From: an uncultured Clostridium sp.
GTDB lineage: Bacteria > Bacillota > Clostridia > TANB77 > CAG-465
Assembly (NCBI GenBank): GCA_947361355.1
Contig: CANAIR010000007.1
Coordinates: 733-64,732 of the forward strand
Direction: 5' to 3'
DNA length: 64,000 nucleotides
The translations under genes and the position numbers were made by a program. The notes beneath the pieces were generated by a model. That model was not told the origin of the DNA and did not search any database. It saw only the letters and a list, made by a program, of their open reading frames with translations. Positions 50,511 to 61,655 of this stretch are shown one piece after another (position 1 is the first letter of the stretch; the number at the start of each line of letters is the position of its first letter).

Positions 50511-51864
50511 ATGTCAAAAAAGGTAATTTTAGTAATTATTGTAATCATTCTATTAGGAGGAGTAGGCTTTCTTTTTATTCCTAAAGAAGAAAAAACAATA
50601 ATAGGTAACCCAATTATGGAAGAATTAAAGGATAACAAAATAATATCTTCTAATGCAAACAATACAAATGCAAAAATGGTATATATTGAACCAGGAAAAA
50701 TAAGCAATTTTGACAAAGGCTATTATTATATTAAAGATGAAGATGATAGAAGAAACATAAAATATTTTGATTATTCTGCAAAAAAAGAAATCTATTTGTG
50801 TAATAAGCCAAATTGTAAGCATGATACAGAAGATTGTAGCTCATATTTAGATATGGCAGGATCAAACGACTTATTTGTATATAATAACTATTTATATTTA
50901 ATATCAGGTACTGGTAGTAGTATAACAATAAGTGCAAATATTGGGGAAGATGGCGCAACTACAACACAAACAGGAGGTTCAACACCCATCATATATAGAA
51001 TGAATTTAGATGGCACAAATAAAACAAAACTATTTGAATGTCCATCTGGAGTAGAACTTGCTTCAAGTTTCATATTTGAAGGAAATAATTTATATACATT
51101 CTTTTTGAAAAGCAAATCAATAGAAACCACAAAATCTTCTTATACATCAATGGAAACAAACCGAGATTTAGTAAAGATAAATTTAGAAACAAAAAAATAC
51201 GAAGAAATATTTGATAGTAAAAACAGAAGGATTATTCGGAATATATAATGGAAAAATAGTTTGGGAAGAAATTGTATATAAAGAAGATCCAGAAAAATTT
51301 TTAAACAATGATGATAAAGACTTAGAAAATTTAAGAAATTCTACTAAAAAAATAAAACTTTTTGATTTATATAACAAGACAGAAACCGAAATTTATCAAG
51401 ATGTTAATAAAAATATTAATGATATACAATATGAAAATGGAAAAGTTTATTTTGTAGCAAATAAAGGACAAAAAATAGAGTATATTGATTTAGAAACAAA
51501 ACAAAAACAAACATTATGCGATTTACCAAAAGTGGGAGTAAGTTTAAATGGGATATATGATAATAAATTACAATACATTTATTATACAGGAAGTGAAGCA
51601 AAAATAGATAAAGCATATTATATAGACTTAGAAACAAAAGAAAATAAACAATTTAAACTACTTGATAAAAATAGATATTTAGTAGAAATATTAGCTGAAA
51701 ACGAGGAATTTTACTTTGTAAGAACAGGATTTGAAATGGGAGCTGAATACACAACTTGGGCAGGAACAAAACAACAGGACATAGAAAAAGAAAACTATGG
51801 ATTAATAAAGAAAGAAGATTATTGGAATTCAAAACCAGAATATATAAGTATGAAAAATACTTAA
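50511..51864 (+). pseudogene. Membrane-anchored beta-propeller-like (DUF5050-like) protein, frameshifted
   Basis: ORFs 50511-51248 and 51211-51864 overlap and read through if one base is changed in the A5 run 51219-51223 (...KKYEEIFD / KTEGLFGIYNGKIVWEE...). Confidence 0.6.
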
Positions 51865-51882
51865 AAATATAAGGAGAGAAGT

Positions 51883-52597
51883 ATGTTAGAAGTGATTAAT
51901 TTAAGCAAAAGCTATAATGAAAAAAAGGCACTTGATAATATAAATTTCAAACTAGAAAATGGATTAGTAGGATTACTTCGGACCAAATGGAGCAGGAAAA
52001 AGTACATTGATAAATATTATAACAGACAACTTAAATGCAGATATAGGAAAAATACTATGGAACGGACAAGAAAGCAAGTTTTTAGGTGAAAAATATAGAG
52101 AAATATTAGGATATATGCCACAACAACAAGGACTATATAATGGATTTACAGCAAAGAGATTTTTAAATTACATTGCAGTATTAAAGGATATTCCAAAAGA
52201 AGATATAGAAAATCAAATTGAAAAAGTAAGTAAAAGTGTCAATCTACAAGATGAACTCGGCAAAAAAATTGAAATGTATTCTGGAGGAATGAAACAAAGA
52301 TTATTAATTGCAGCAGCCATTATAGGAAATCCAAAATTACTTATCTTTGATGAGCCAACAGCAGGACTAGATCCGAAAGAAAGAATTAGAGTGAAAAAAT
52401 TAATGAATGAACTTGCAAAGGACAAAATAGTAATAATTGCAACACATATAGTTCCAGATATAGAAAATATTGCAAACGAAATTATGATTCTAAAAAATGG
52501 AGTATTAAAAGAAAAAGATACACCAGAAAAATTAATAAAGAAATATGCGAAAAATGGAAATTTGGAAGATGTATATATGAATATCTTTGGAGAATAA
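51883..52597 (+). pseudogene. ABC transporter ATP-binding protein, frameshifted within Walker A
   Basis: ...ENGLVGLL then a shift at 51976-51980; the next frame reads GPNGAGKSTLINIITDN. Downstream: YSGGMKQRL and LIFDEPTAGLD. Confidence 0.75.
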
Positions 52598-52612
52598 GGA
52601 GGAAAATAGAAT

Positions 52613-54997
52613 TTGAATAGAACTATTAAATATGAATTCTTAAAAATATTTACAAGCAAACTATTTTTATATACATTACTAGCATTTGTATTAGCAGATA
52701 TTGTAATACTAATTTATACTGGAAATATTGTAAAAAAAGATAAAATTCCATATTCGGCATATAAAATATTAAATGAAAAACTAAAAGACTTACCAGAATC
52801 AGAAAAAGAGGAACTAATAGGTAGAGAATATGAAAGAAACAATGCTTTTAGCATTATAACGAATATAATAAATAATAAAAATAGTGATAGTGAATATATA
52901 AGAGAATTTGCAGAAAGTTTAAAAAACGAAAATAAAGAACTTTATGATAAATACATAAATGAATATGAAAATAGAACTTATAAATATACTGGAGATGAAG
53001 CAAAAGAACTTGAATTTTTTGGAGAAATCAAAAAAGAATATGATGAATGTAAAAATTATAAAAATACTATTACTGGAATTTTAGAAAAAGCAGATAACCT
53101 AGAAACAATCTCGATTTTTCAAGAATCAGAAGATAACTTTTCAAATAAAAACATAAAAGATACAGCCGAAAACTATGAAAGATGCAAAATAGTAGAAGTA
53201 CATTATATTCCATCAAAAGGAATTGATAGTTTTACCAATATGGGAATAACAGATATTTTCATAGTTCTTATGATATTTGTAATAGCAACTATCATCATAT
53301 ATGAAGAAAGAGAAAAAAATTTATTTCCACTTATTAAAAGTACAAAGAATGGAAGAGGCAAAACAATCTTATCAAAAATCTTTGTAATGTTTATTGTGAT
53401 TTTGGCTATTTCGCTTATTTTATATACTATAAATTTTATTTATTATGGAATGACAATAGGATATGGAGATTTAAGTGCAAATTTGCAATCCATAAATACA
53501 TTTATTTATTCTACCTTGCAAATAAGTATTGGTGGGTATATTGCTTTATTCTTAATTACGAAAATAGCTGTATTTTTTATAGTATCACTCATGATATTAC
53601 TTGTTTCTAATTTAGCAAAGAATAATGCTTCAAATTACATTGCTTTAATTTTAATTTTTGGTATTAGCTTTTTGTTATACAAAACAATAGATCCAATTTC
53701 AAAATATAATTTGTTTAGAGTGATTAATATTATAAATTTAATAGAAGTAAATAGTATCTATAAAACATATATGAATCTAAATATTATGGGAAATATGCAA
53801 AATGTATTACATTTAAGTCTATTTTTTGCTATAATATTATTGTTCATATTTGGATTTGCGAATGTTTGGATCTTTACTAAAAGAAAAGATTTAGGACTTA
53901 CAGAGAATCGTTTATTAAAAAAGCTAAAAAGCATTACAATAGTTAAGCCAAGAATATTTACAAAAATTTTTTGGTGTGAGCTTTATAAAATGATGATAAT
54001 AAATAAGGTGCTTATTATTCTTCTACTTTTTACAGCATTTCAAATATATAGTTTGAATAATGCAAACAAAAATATTTCTTTTAGTGAGAATATATACAAA
54101 AATTATATGAAAACATTTAGTGGAAAACTAACAGAAAAAAAAGAAAGCATCATACTCAAAGAACAAGAGAAATTTGAAAAAGCAAAACTTGCAATTGAAA
54201 ATATAGAAGAAAAAGTACAAAATGGAGAAATCAGTAAAGAAGAAGCTATAAGATACGAAGAACCATATAATGAGATTTTAAGTAGCGAAGAAATATTTTT
54301 AAGGATAGTAGAACAATATGAGCATATCAAAGAAAATCCAAATGCAGAATTTGTTTATGATACAGGATATAAGGAATTATTAAGAGTAAATAAAAATGCT
54401 TTTATAGAAAGTGATGTTTATTTAATTGTTATGGCAGAAATCGTTTTTTCAGTAATTTTTGTAATGGAATATAAAACTGGAATGAATAAGATATTAAATA
54501 CAACACCTAAAGGAAAAGCAGCAACCACAAAAGCAAAAATAATAGTCTGTTTGATTACAGGTTTAATTATCTTTATGATTAGCATAATACCAGAAATAAT
54601 TAAAGTAGGTCAAATATATGGATTTGACAATATTACAGCAAGTATAACAAGTTTAAGATATTTTAGAAATTTACCTTCTGGAATTAGTATATTAGGGTTT
54701 ACAGTAATCAATTATTTGGTAAGATTTATAACGTTTAGTAGTATAGTATTACTTATATTATGGATCTCATTAAAATTAAAGAATACAACTTATACTATAT
54801 TGGTCGCAAGTACAATAATGTTAATACCTATAATAGTAGCAAAGTTAGGTATTGAATTTTTAAATATAATAAGTGTAGATAAAATACTAAATTTAAGTAA
54901 AATAATACTTATGGATGGAAACTTAAAATGGTTATATATAGCTATTCCAAATGCCATTGGAATATATAGTTATAGAAAATTGTTAAGGAAGGAGTAA
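52613..54997 (+). CDS. Large polytopic ABC-associated permease (794 aa)
   Basis: TTG after AAGGAGGA; two multi-TM blocks separated by soluble regions; follows the ATPase gene. Confidence 0.65.
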   Translation: MNRTIKYEFLKIFTSKLFLYTLLAFVLADIVILIYTGNIVKKDKIPYSAYKILNEKLKDLPESEKEELIGREYERNNAFSIITNIINNKNSDSEYIREFAESLKNENKELYDKYINEYENRTYKYTGDEAKELEFFGEIKKEYDECKNYKNTITGILEKADNLETISIFQESEDNFSNKNIKDTAENYERCKIVEVHYIPSKGIDSFTNMGITDIFIVLMIFVIATIIIYEEREKNLFPLIKSTKNGRGKTILSKIFVMFIVILAISLILYTINFIYYGMTIGYGDLSANLQSINTFIYSTLQISIGGYIALFLITKIAVFFIVSLMILLVSNLAKNNASNYIALILIFGISFLLYKTIDPISKYNLFRVINIINLIEVNSIYKTYMNLNIMGNMQNVLHLSLFFAIILLFIFGFANVWIFTKRKDLGLTENRLLKKLKSITIVKPRIFTKIFWCELYKMMIINKVLIILLLFTAFQIYSLNNANKNISFSENIYKNYMKTFSGKLTEKKESIILKEQEKFEKAKLAIENIEEKVQNGEISKEEAIRYEEPYNEILSSEEIFLRIVEQYEHIKENPNAEFVYDTGYKELLRVNKNAFIESDVYLIVMAEIVFSVIFVMEYKTGMNKILNTTPKGKAATTKAKIIVCLITGLIIFMISIIPEIIKVGQIYGFDNITASITSLRYFRNLPSGISILGFTVINYLVRFITFSSIVLLILWISLKLKNTTYTILVASTIMLIPIIVAKLGIEFLNIISVDKILNLSKIILMDGNLKWLYIAIPNAIGIYSYRKLLRKE

Positions 54998-55006
54998 GCT
55001 ATAATT

Positions 55007-55651
55007 ATGAATAGAATTTTGGTAGTAGAAGATGAATTTCCAATAGTGGATTTAATAAGTATTGCATTAAAGAATGTGGGCTATGAAGTAGACTATGCTT
55101 TAGATGGAGAAAAAGGAGCAAATTTAATAGAAACAGGCAAATATGATTTAGCTTTGCTTGACATTATGCTACCAAAATTTAATGGATATGAATTACTAGA
55201 TTATGCAAAAACTATGGAACTTCCTGTTATTTTTATAACAGCTAAAGGTAGGCTTAAAGATAGAACAAAAGGATTAGATATGGGAGCAGATGATTATATT
55301 GTAAAGCCATTTGAAGTAGAAGAACTAATTTCAAGAGTAAATGCAGTTATCAGGAGATGCCACAAAAAAATAGAATTAGGAGATATACAAATTAACTTAG
55401 AAAGTAGAATCATAAAAAAACAAGGAAATGAAATAAAACTAACACCAAAAGAATTTGATTTATTTATATATTTATATGAAAATCAAGATAAAGCACTAAA
55501 AAGAGAAGATATACTAGAGAAAGTATGGAGTGATGAAGAATTGGATTCTCAAACATTAACACTTCATATACAAAGAATAAGAAAAAAGCTAGACTTAAAT
55601 GATAGACTTAGAACAATTCATGGAGTAGGCTATATTTTTAGGGGGAAATAA
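55007..55651 (+). CDS. OmpR-family response regulator
   Basis: VEDE, LLDIMLP, IVKPF, and C-terminal winged helix (HGVGYIF). Confidence 0.9.
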   Translation: MNRILVVEDEFPIVDLISIALKNVGYEVDYALDGEKGANLIETGKYDLALLDIMLPKFNGYELLDYAKTMELPVIFITAKGRLKDRTKGLDMGADDYIVKPFEVEELISRVNAVIRRCHKKIELGDIQINLESRIIKKQGNEIKLTPKEFDLFIYLYENQDKALKREDILEKVWSDEELDSQTLTLHIQRIRKKLDLNDRLRTIHGVGYIFRGK

Positions 55652-57055
55652 ATGAAATTTGGTGTAAAAATAGTTATATCTGTTATAGCAATCATTTCAA
55701 TTATTTTCTCTGTTGCAGGTATAGTAATTATAAAAAGTAATTTTAAACATTCATTTGAAAAAACAATTAGTCAAAGTATAGATTCTCATACCTTAGAAAG
55801 ATATGGGATAGAAAACAATATATCCACTAATATTGAGAAAAACGGAAACATATCAAGAGAAAAATTAAGTAGCTATGCAGTCAGCCTCGTTTTATATTTA
55901 GGAAATGATAAAAAAATATCAATTTATATAGAAAATGAAAAGATATATTCTAACATTAACATAGATGAAGAAAGTTTAGCTTTTTTAAGTAAAGCAAATG
56001 ATGTAAAATACATTATAAAAGATATAGAAAAGCAAAAATATATATTAGTATCTTCAAGTGTAGAGATAAATAGCCAAAGGATAATGCTTATTAGTAGGTA
56101 TGATATAACAGATGTTTTTACAGAAAGAGATAGGCAGGTTCAGTTTTTTTATAAAGTAGATACTGTAGTTATTGTAATTTCATCTATTGTTATATGTTTG
56201 TTGGCAGTATTTTTAACTAGACCAATTAGAAAATTAAATGAAATGAGTAAAAAAATAACAAAAGGATCTTATAACGAGAGGGTAAATATAAAATCAAATG
56301 ATGAAATTGGTGAACTTGCCAAAAGTTTTAATAAAATGATAGAAACAATAGAAAATAAAATAAATGAATTAGAACTTTCGGTAGAGCAAAAAGAAGATTT
56401 TATTACAAACTTTACACATGAACTAAAGAATCCAATGACATCTATTATAGGTTATGCAGATATTTTAAAAAGTGGAAAATACGATAAAGAAACAAATATG
56501 AAATCTGCAAATTATATATTTAATGAGGCAAAAAGATTAGAAACTTTAGCACATAAATTAATGGACTTAATGGAAATTTCAAATGAAACTGTTAAATTAG
56601 AAAAGATAAATGTAGTATGTTTTATGAATAATCTATATAAAGACATACATGAAAGTTTAGGAAATATAGAACTAAAATTAGACATAGAAGATGGATATAT
56701 AATGGCAGATACAATATTATTAGAAGATTGTTTAAGAAATCTAATAGATAACAGTAAAAAAGCAAAACCAAAGGATAAAATTATAAAAGTAATAGGAAAA
56801 AATGAAGAAAATAAATACAAAATTTCAGTAGAAGATAAAGGCTGTGGAATACCAAAAGAAGAAATACCTAGAATAGTAGAAAGTTTTTATATGGTAGATA
56901 AAGCAAGAGCAATAGAAAATGGAAGAAATGGTATTGGACTTTCAATATGTGAAAAAATCGCAAAAATTCATAATACGAAACTTATTATTGAAAGTGAATT
57001 AAATAAAGGAACTTGTGTATCATTTTATCTGGAGGTGGCAAATATTGAAGAATAA
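55652..57055 (+). CDS. Sensor histidine kinase (2 TM, HAMP, HisKA, HATPase)
   Basis: HAMP RPIRKLNEMSKKI...IGELAKSFNKM; H-box FTHELKNPMTSI; DKGCGI; GIGLSI. Confidence 0.88.
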   Translation: MKFGVKIVISVIAIISIIFSVAGIVIIKSNFKHSFEKTISQSIDSHTLERYGIENNISTNIEKNGNISREKLSSYAVSLVLYLGNDKKISIYIENEKIYSNINIDEESLAFLSKANDVKYIIKDIEKQKYILVSSSVEINSQRIMLISRYDITDVFTERDRQVQFFYKVDTVVIVISSIVICLLAVFLTRPIRKLNEMSKKITKGSYNERVNIKSNDEIGELAKSFNKMIETIENKINELELSVEQKEDFITNFTHELKNPMTSIIGYADILKSGKYDKETNMKSANYIFNEAKRLETLAHKLMDLMEISNETVKLEKINVVCFMNNLYKDIHESLGNIELKLDIEDGYIMADTILLEDCLRNLIDNSKKAKPKDKIIKVIGKNEENKYKISVEDKGCGIPKEEIPRIVESFYMVDKARAIENGRNGIGLSICEKIAKIHNTKLIIESELNKGTCVSFYLEVANIEE

Positions 57056-57764
57056 AATAAATTTGATATATATATCACTTATATTAATTACTATACTATC
57101 ATTTGCCATTCCTAAAATAATAACAAACATACAAGATAAAAAAATATTGTCAGATAGATATACAATAAGTAAAAAAATACACACTTTAAATGAAAATGCC
57201 AAAAGTGTAAAGTTAATAGAAAAAATATATAGTAAATATAATATGGATAAATATAATGTTCAAGTTTCAGATATTGTAAGTGCAGTAGAAACAACAATAG
57301 TAAAAGAAACAAAAGGAGATGTGAATATTCAAATTAATGATGAAAATATAGATTACACATTAAATAAATTTCAAGAATTAATAAGACAAAACATTATAAG
57401 GCAAGATTTTTTTTATCAGTTTTCATCAAAGTTTATTACATACAGAATTTGGGATTATGATAATGGAAAGATAAAGTATAAGAAGGTAAAAATATTTACA
57501 CAAGATTCATTAGAAGAAGCTACCTCAAGCATAGAAATAGAAAATGAAACAAATAAAATTATAGCATATACAGTAAAAAAAGAATATTCTGAAATAACAC
57601 AAAAGGTATTATTGGAATATGCGCAATATTTGGAAGTGTATAGTATATCTGATGATTGGGAATATAGAGATAATGAATTAAAGTCTAAAACAGTAGGAAT
57701 AAAAATAATAGGAGATACTGATGAGAAATATATTTATGTAAAAATAGTACCTTTTGAAGAATAA
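57045..57764 (+). CDS. Membrane-anchored hypothetical protein
   Basis: TTG 57045 after GGAGGTGG; N-terminal TM (LIYISLILITILSFAIP). Confidence 0.5.
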   Translation: MKNKINLIYISLILITILSFAIPKIITNIQDKKILSDRYTISKKIHTLNENAKSVKLIEKIYSKYNMDKYNVQVSDIVSAVETTIVKETKGDVNIQINDENIDYTLNKFQELIRQNIIRQDFFYQFSSKFITYRIWDYDNGKIKYKKVKIFTQDSLEEATSSIEIENETNKIIAYTVKKEYSEITQKVLLEYAQYLEVYSISDDWEYRDNELKSKTVGIKIIGDTDEKYIYVKIVPFEE

Positions 57765-57894
57765 AAGATTTAATAGAGATTAGGAATAATCTCTATATAT
57801 TTTTGGTAAAATGTAAAATAAACTTGATATTGGACTAAAAAAATATTATAATAAAGTAAAGTTAGCTTTACACTAATTAAAGGAAAGTGATTTA

Positions 57895-58095
57895 TTGAAG
57901 AATAAAGTAGAAGAATTTAGAAAACAAAGAAATGAAAAGCAAGAAAAATTAGCAAATATAGTAGGGGTATCAAGACAAACAATTATATCAATAGAAAAAG
58001 GAAAATATAATCCTTCTATATTATTAGCATTTAAAATTGCTAATCATTTCAATAGATCTATTGAAGAAATATTTATTTATGAGGGAGAAGAATAA
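57895..58095 (+). CDS. Small XRE/YozG-like HTH regulator (66 aa)
   Basis: QEKLANIVGVSRQTIISIEKGKYNPS. Confidence 0.8.
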   Translation: MKNKVEEFRKQRNEKQEKLANIVGVSRQTIISIEKGKYNPSILLAFKIANHFNRSIEEIFIYEGEE

Positions 58096-58509
58096 AAAAT
58101 TAAAAATAAAATGTATTATAGCTTGTATTTGTATTATAACAGGAGTCATTCTAATAATACTATCATTAAAGCTAGAAGGAATTAGTGAGTTGCAGAAAAC
58201 ATATATAAGTGGCTTTGCAGAAGGTCTAATACCAGTTTCGTTAGTATTATTAATAAAAAATATATTATCACTAAAAAATTCAAAACTATTAAGAAAAAGA
58301 AAAATAGAATTAACAGATGAAAGAAATATTGAAATTCAAATTAAGTCAATGCAGTAACTTTTAGAATTTGTATTTTACTACAAGCAATAGGATCAGTGAT
58401 ATTATCAATTTTTATGAATAATGAATTAGGATTATATTTGGGATTTTTAGTAGTAATACAGCTAATTGTATATGTCATTAGTAGTGTTGTTATTTGTAAA
58501 AAAATATAA
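58079..58509 (+). pseudogene. Four-TM membrane protein partner of the HTH gene (DUF2178-like), apparently frameshifted
   Basis: MREKNKKLKIKCIIACICIITGV... stops at 58357, but a shifted frame continues with TM-like AVTFRICILLQAIGSVILSIF...VVICKKI to 58509. Confidence 0.45.
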
Positions 58510-58857
58510 AGTGATGTATATATGAAAAAGATTAAAGGAAATATATTATTAAGTGTAGGACTAATTTTAGTATCAACTGCATTTTTATCAAAAGATATTG
58601 TAAATGCCAATATATGTGATTTTATAAGTGGATTTGGTATTAGTATTGAAATAGTTGGAATTTTTAAACAGTGTAAGGAAAATAGTAAGAATCAATAATT
58701 CAAATTATATTTTTTGAAAAGAGGTAATTTGTATGTTAGCATATTTTATGGGGATGGATAGTTTAGCGATTGGATTCGTAATAGGAATGCTTTATTCAGA
58801 ATATAAACATAAAAATCAAAAGTAATTAATAGATCACAATATTAGAAAGAGGTGTAT

Positions 58858-59181
58858 ATGAAGAAGAAAACTATTATATGTATTTGTGTAAGTATAATTG
58901 TAGTAGGAATATTTACTAGAACTGTAATATATTTATATAATAAATCTAAAACAAAATTAGATATAAAAGATGAAATTACACAAAAAGGATATGAAATTTT
59001 GGGAAATGATTATTGCACAACAGACCATTTATTTGAAATTGCAGGAGATGCTTTAACTGAATGTAAATGTCAATTATGTGGAACAAGCGAAACTAATTCA
59101 GATACTAATGTTCCTATATTATGTGGAAACTGTGCTAGAAAAACAAATAGATGTTATCAATGTGGAAAGCTAAAGAAATAA
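58858..59181 (+). CDS. Membrane-anchored zinc-ribbon protein (107 aa)
   Basis: ATG 58858 after AAGAGG; TM, then CKCQLCG...CGNCARKTNRCYQCG. Confidence 0.55.
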   Translation: MKKKTIICICVSIIVVGIFTRTVIYLYNKSKTKLDIKDEITQKGYEILGNDYCTTDHLFEIAGDALTECKCQLCGTSETNSDTNVPILCGNCARKTNRCYQCGKLKK

Positions 59182-59310
59182 TAGAAAAATCTATTATGCA
59201 AAATGTAAAGTTTGAGTTGCATTTTGCATTTTTTCATAAAATGCAACTGAAAGTTGATAGAATTTTAAGAAAAACTACACTACAATTAAAGATGAAGGAG
59301 GAGTAGTCTA

Positions 59311-60153
59311 ATGAAATTTGGAGAAAATTTATATAATTTAAGAAAAGCGGCTAAAATGAGTCAAGAAAAGTTGGCAGAAAAAATGGATGTAACCAGACAA
59401 AGTGTATCAAAATGGGAGAATGGAGAAAGCTATCCAGGAATGGAAAAAATAATGAAATTATGTGAGGTATTTCATTGTAAAATAAACGATTTGGTACATG
59501 AAAATATGGTAGATATAGATTCATTAGATGAAGATATAAAAATGAGTGTAGTTAAATTTAAAGAAGAAAAGCAAAAAAATATTAAAGGAATAAGTAAAGC
59601 AATTTATATTCTTGCAAGAATCGGAAAAATCTTTATAACAATAGCAATTCCAATAATTATATTTTTACTAATAGTTACACCTATATTCATAAGCACTATA
59701 GAATTAAAGGATAATACTATTGTATTTAATGGAGCAAGAATAGATGACAAAATAACTTTAACAGAAGAAAGAGCAAATGATGGTATAACTTTACAATTAA
59801 AAGTAAATGATGTTTTAATAGCTGATAGCAAAAATCAAGACACAATTTTGCAAATGAAAAATGTATTAGAAAACAACTCTAAAGGACAAATAATCGCTTT
59901 CCTAGAATTAGGTTATACCTGTTTAATGATTTGTTTGATACTATATAGAATGACATTAAGTAGACTAGAGAAACTATTTATAAATATAAATGAAGGAGAT
60001 ACACCATTCACACTAGAAAATGTTAAATACATTAAAGAAATGGCAAAACTTATGATTATAGCACTTATTTTACCAAGTGGTGGAGGAATCATATTTGAAA
60101 AAATACTAGCAACTGATTTAGGTGTCGATTTTGAACTATTTGATGTAATATAA
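59311..60153 (+). CDS. XRE HTH fused to a polytopic membrane domain (DUF2975-like)
   Basis: MSQEKLAEKMDVTRQSVSKWENGESYP followed by about 4 TM helices. Confidence 0.7.
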   Translation: MKFGENLYNLRKAAKMSQEKLAEKMDVTRQSVSKWENGESYPGMEKIMKLCEVFHCKINDLVHENMVDIDSLDEDIKMSVVKFKEEKQKNIKGISKAIYILARIGKIFITIAIPIIIFLLIVTPIFISTIELKDNTIVFNGARIDDKITLTEERANDGITLQLKVNDVLIADSKNQDTILQMKNVLENNSKGQIIAFLELGYTCLMICLILYRMTLSRLEKLFININEGDTPFTLENVKYIKEMAKLMIIALILPSGGGIIFEKILATDLGVDFELFDVI

Positions 60154-60247
60154 ATATTATTCTTATTTGGAATATCTTATATATTTGAATATGGATATGA
60201 ATTACAACAAGATACAAAAGCCAAAATGTATGGGAAGGTATCTGAAA

Positions 60248-60418
60248 ATGAATAAAACGAGATTTATAAAAGAATTATCTAAAAAAACAGGATATGATAA
60301 ACAGAGATGTATTTTGATAAATGATATTATAGAAAATTACTTTATATTTGGAAGAAAAAATAAAGAGAAAATAATTCAAGACTTGCAAACTATTGATATG
60401 ACTATAATTAAGAGTTGA
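60248..60418 (+). CDS. Truncated HU-like DNA-binding protein (56 aa)
   Basis: MNKTRFIKELSKKTGYDKQRCILINDII resembles the HU N-terminal helices but the beta-arm region is absent; weak RBS. Confidence 0.4.
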   Translation: MNKTRFIKELSKKTGYDKQRCILINDIIENYFIFGRKNKEKIIQDLQTIDMTIIKS

Positions 60419-60520
60419 AAATAGATGTTTTTGCCCTAACGATTTCGCAAACGTGTCTAGTTAGGGCACCAATATGTAAACTTAGCAAAATGTAATATGG
60501 ATTTTATCTGTATTGCATAT
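60381..60520 (+). repeat. 140-bp repeat with hairpin-ACCA element (copy 2)
   Basis: Paralog of 49565-49704; GCCCTAAC (60433-60440) pairs with GTTAGGGC (60460-60467), followed by ACCA. Confidence 0.7.
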
Positions 60521-60626
60521 TTTGTTTTTGCAAAAAAAGTTGAGATTTTATTAAAATCTCTGCTTTTTTTATCTATAATAAACAATTACTTGTTATTTAC
60601 ATATACTACTAATGGGAGGGAAAAAA

Positions 60627-61655
60627 ATGGAAAACATAAAAATTGTTATAGATGCTGGTCATGGTGGAGAAGACCCAGGTGCAGTAAAAGGTGATGTTAA
60701 AGAAAAAGATTTAACACTTATGATTTCAAAATATATGGAAGAAAAACTAAAAGAAGCTGGAATACCAGTTACTATGACGCGAATAGATGATGAAACACTA
60801 TCAAAAGATGAAAGAGTAAGAAGAATAGTAGAAGCTTATGGAAACACACCAAATGTAATAGTAATTTCAAATCATATAAATTCAACTGCAGATGAAGTAG
60901 GACCAGAAGGGGCTGAAATAATATATGCCTTAAGAAATAACAGTGAATTTGCACAAAATATATTAGATGAATTAGCTAAAAAAGGTCAAAAAACAAGAAA
61001 TGTATATCAAAGAAGATTACCAAGTGATGAAAGCAAAGATTATTATTTTATACATAGAGAAACTGAAAATACTACACCAGTAATAGTAGAATATGGATTT
61101 ATAAATAATCCAGATGATTTAAAAAGAATTCAAGAAAATTACAAAGAATATGTAGATGCTGTAGTAAAAGCAATAAAAGAAACGTTTAAACCACAAAATC
61201 AAAACTTTGTAACATATGTAGTAAAAAATGGTGACACTTTATGGTCAATAGCGCAAAGGTTTGGTGTATCAGTAGAAACACTAAGACGTGCAAATGGAAT
61301 ATATAGTGATATGTTAAGAATAGGACAAATCATAAAAATTCCTAGAGAAAGTATCGCATACAAAGATGAGTATATAATGTATGCTGTGCAACCAGGAGAT
61401 ACACTGTGGGCGATAGCTAGAAGATTTCAAACAACTGTAGATTCAATAATGGTAGCAAATAATCTTACAAGTAATATGCTAATGATAGGCCAGCAACTAA
61501 AAATTCCAACAAGAAACCATATATACATAGTAAGATATGGAGACTCTCTATGGGAAATAGCACGAAGATTTCAAACCACAGTAGAAAATTTAAAAAGAAT
61601 GAACAACCTAACATCCGATACTATATATATAGGTCAAACATTAAAAGTAATGTAG
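60627..61655 (+). CDS. N-acetylmuramoyl-L-alanine amidase (Amidase_3) with three LysM repeats
   Basis: IVIDAGHGGEDPGAV; three copies of Y.V..GD(T/S)LW.IA.RF...V..L...N; ATG 60627 follows GGGAGGG. Confidence 0.88.
   Translation: MENIKIVIDAGHGGEDPGAVKGDVKEKDLTLMISKYMEEKLKEAGIPVTMTRIDDETLSKDERVRRIVEAYGNTPNVIVISNHINSTADEVGPEGAEIIYALRNNSEFAQNILDELAKKGQKTRNVYQRRLPSDESKDYYFIHRETENTTPVIVEYGFINNPDDLKRIQENYKEYVDAVVKAIKETFKPQNQNFVTYVVKNGDTLWSIAQRFGVSVETLRRANGIYSDMLRIGQIIKIPRESIAYKDEYIMYAVQPGDTLWAIARRFQTTVDSIMVANNLTSNMLMIGQQLKIPTRNHIYIVRYGDSLWEIARRFQTTVENLKRMNNLTSDTIYIGQTLKVM

Noticed and set aside
50477-51637. Several minus-strand ORFs (50477-50716, 50625-50822, 50731-50958, 50888-51130, 51183-51377, 51416-51637)
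   Set aside because: All are antisense to the frameshifted DUF5050-like gene, which has a signal-anchor and coherent sequence across both halves.
58341-58610. 89-aa minus-strand ORF
   Set aside because: The plus strand here encodes TM-like continuations of the HTH-partner membrane protein and a possible 58-aa membrane peptide (58522-58698). The minus ORF lacks an RBS.
60433-60471. Hairpin plus ACCA as a tRNA 3' fragment or att site
   Set aside because: The 19-21 nt loop cannot form a T-arm, and it does not match the 3' end of the tRNA-Lys at 45605-45680.
60420-60626. c-di-AMP (ydaO-type) riboswitch upstream of the LysM amidase
   Set aside because: The characteristic GGGGA, CCCGA and ACCCG blocks are absent.
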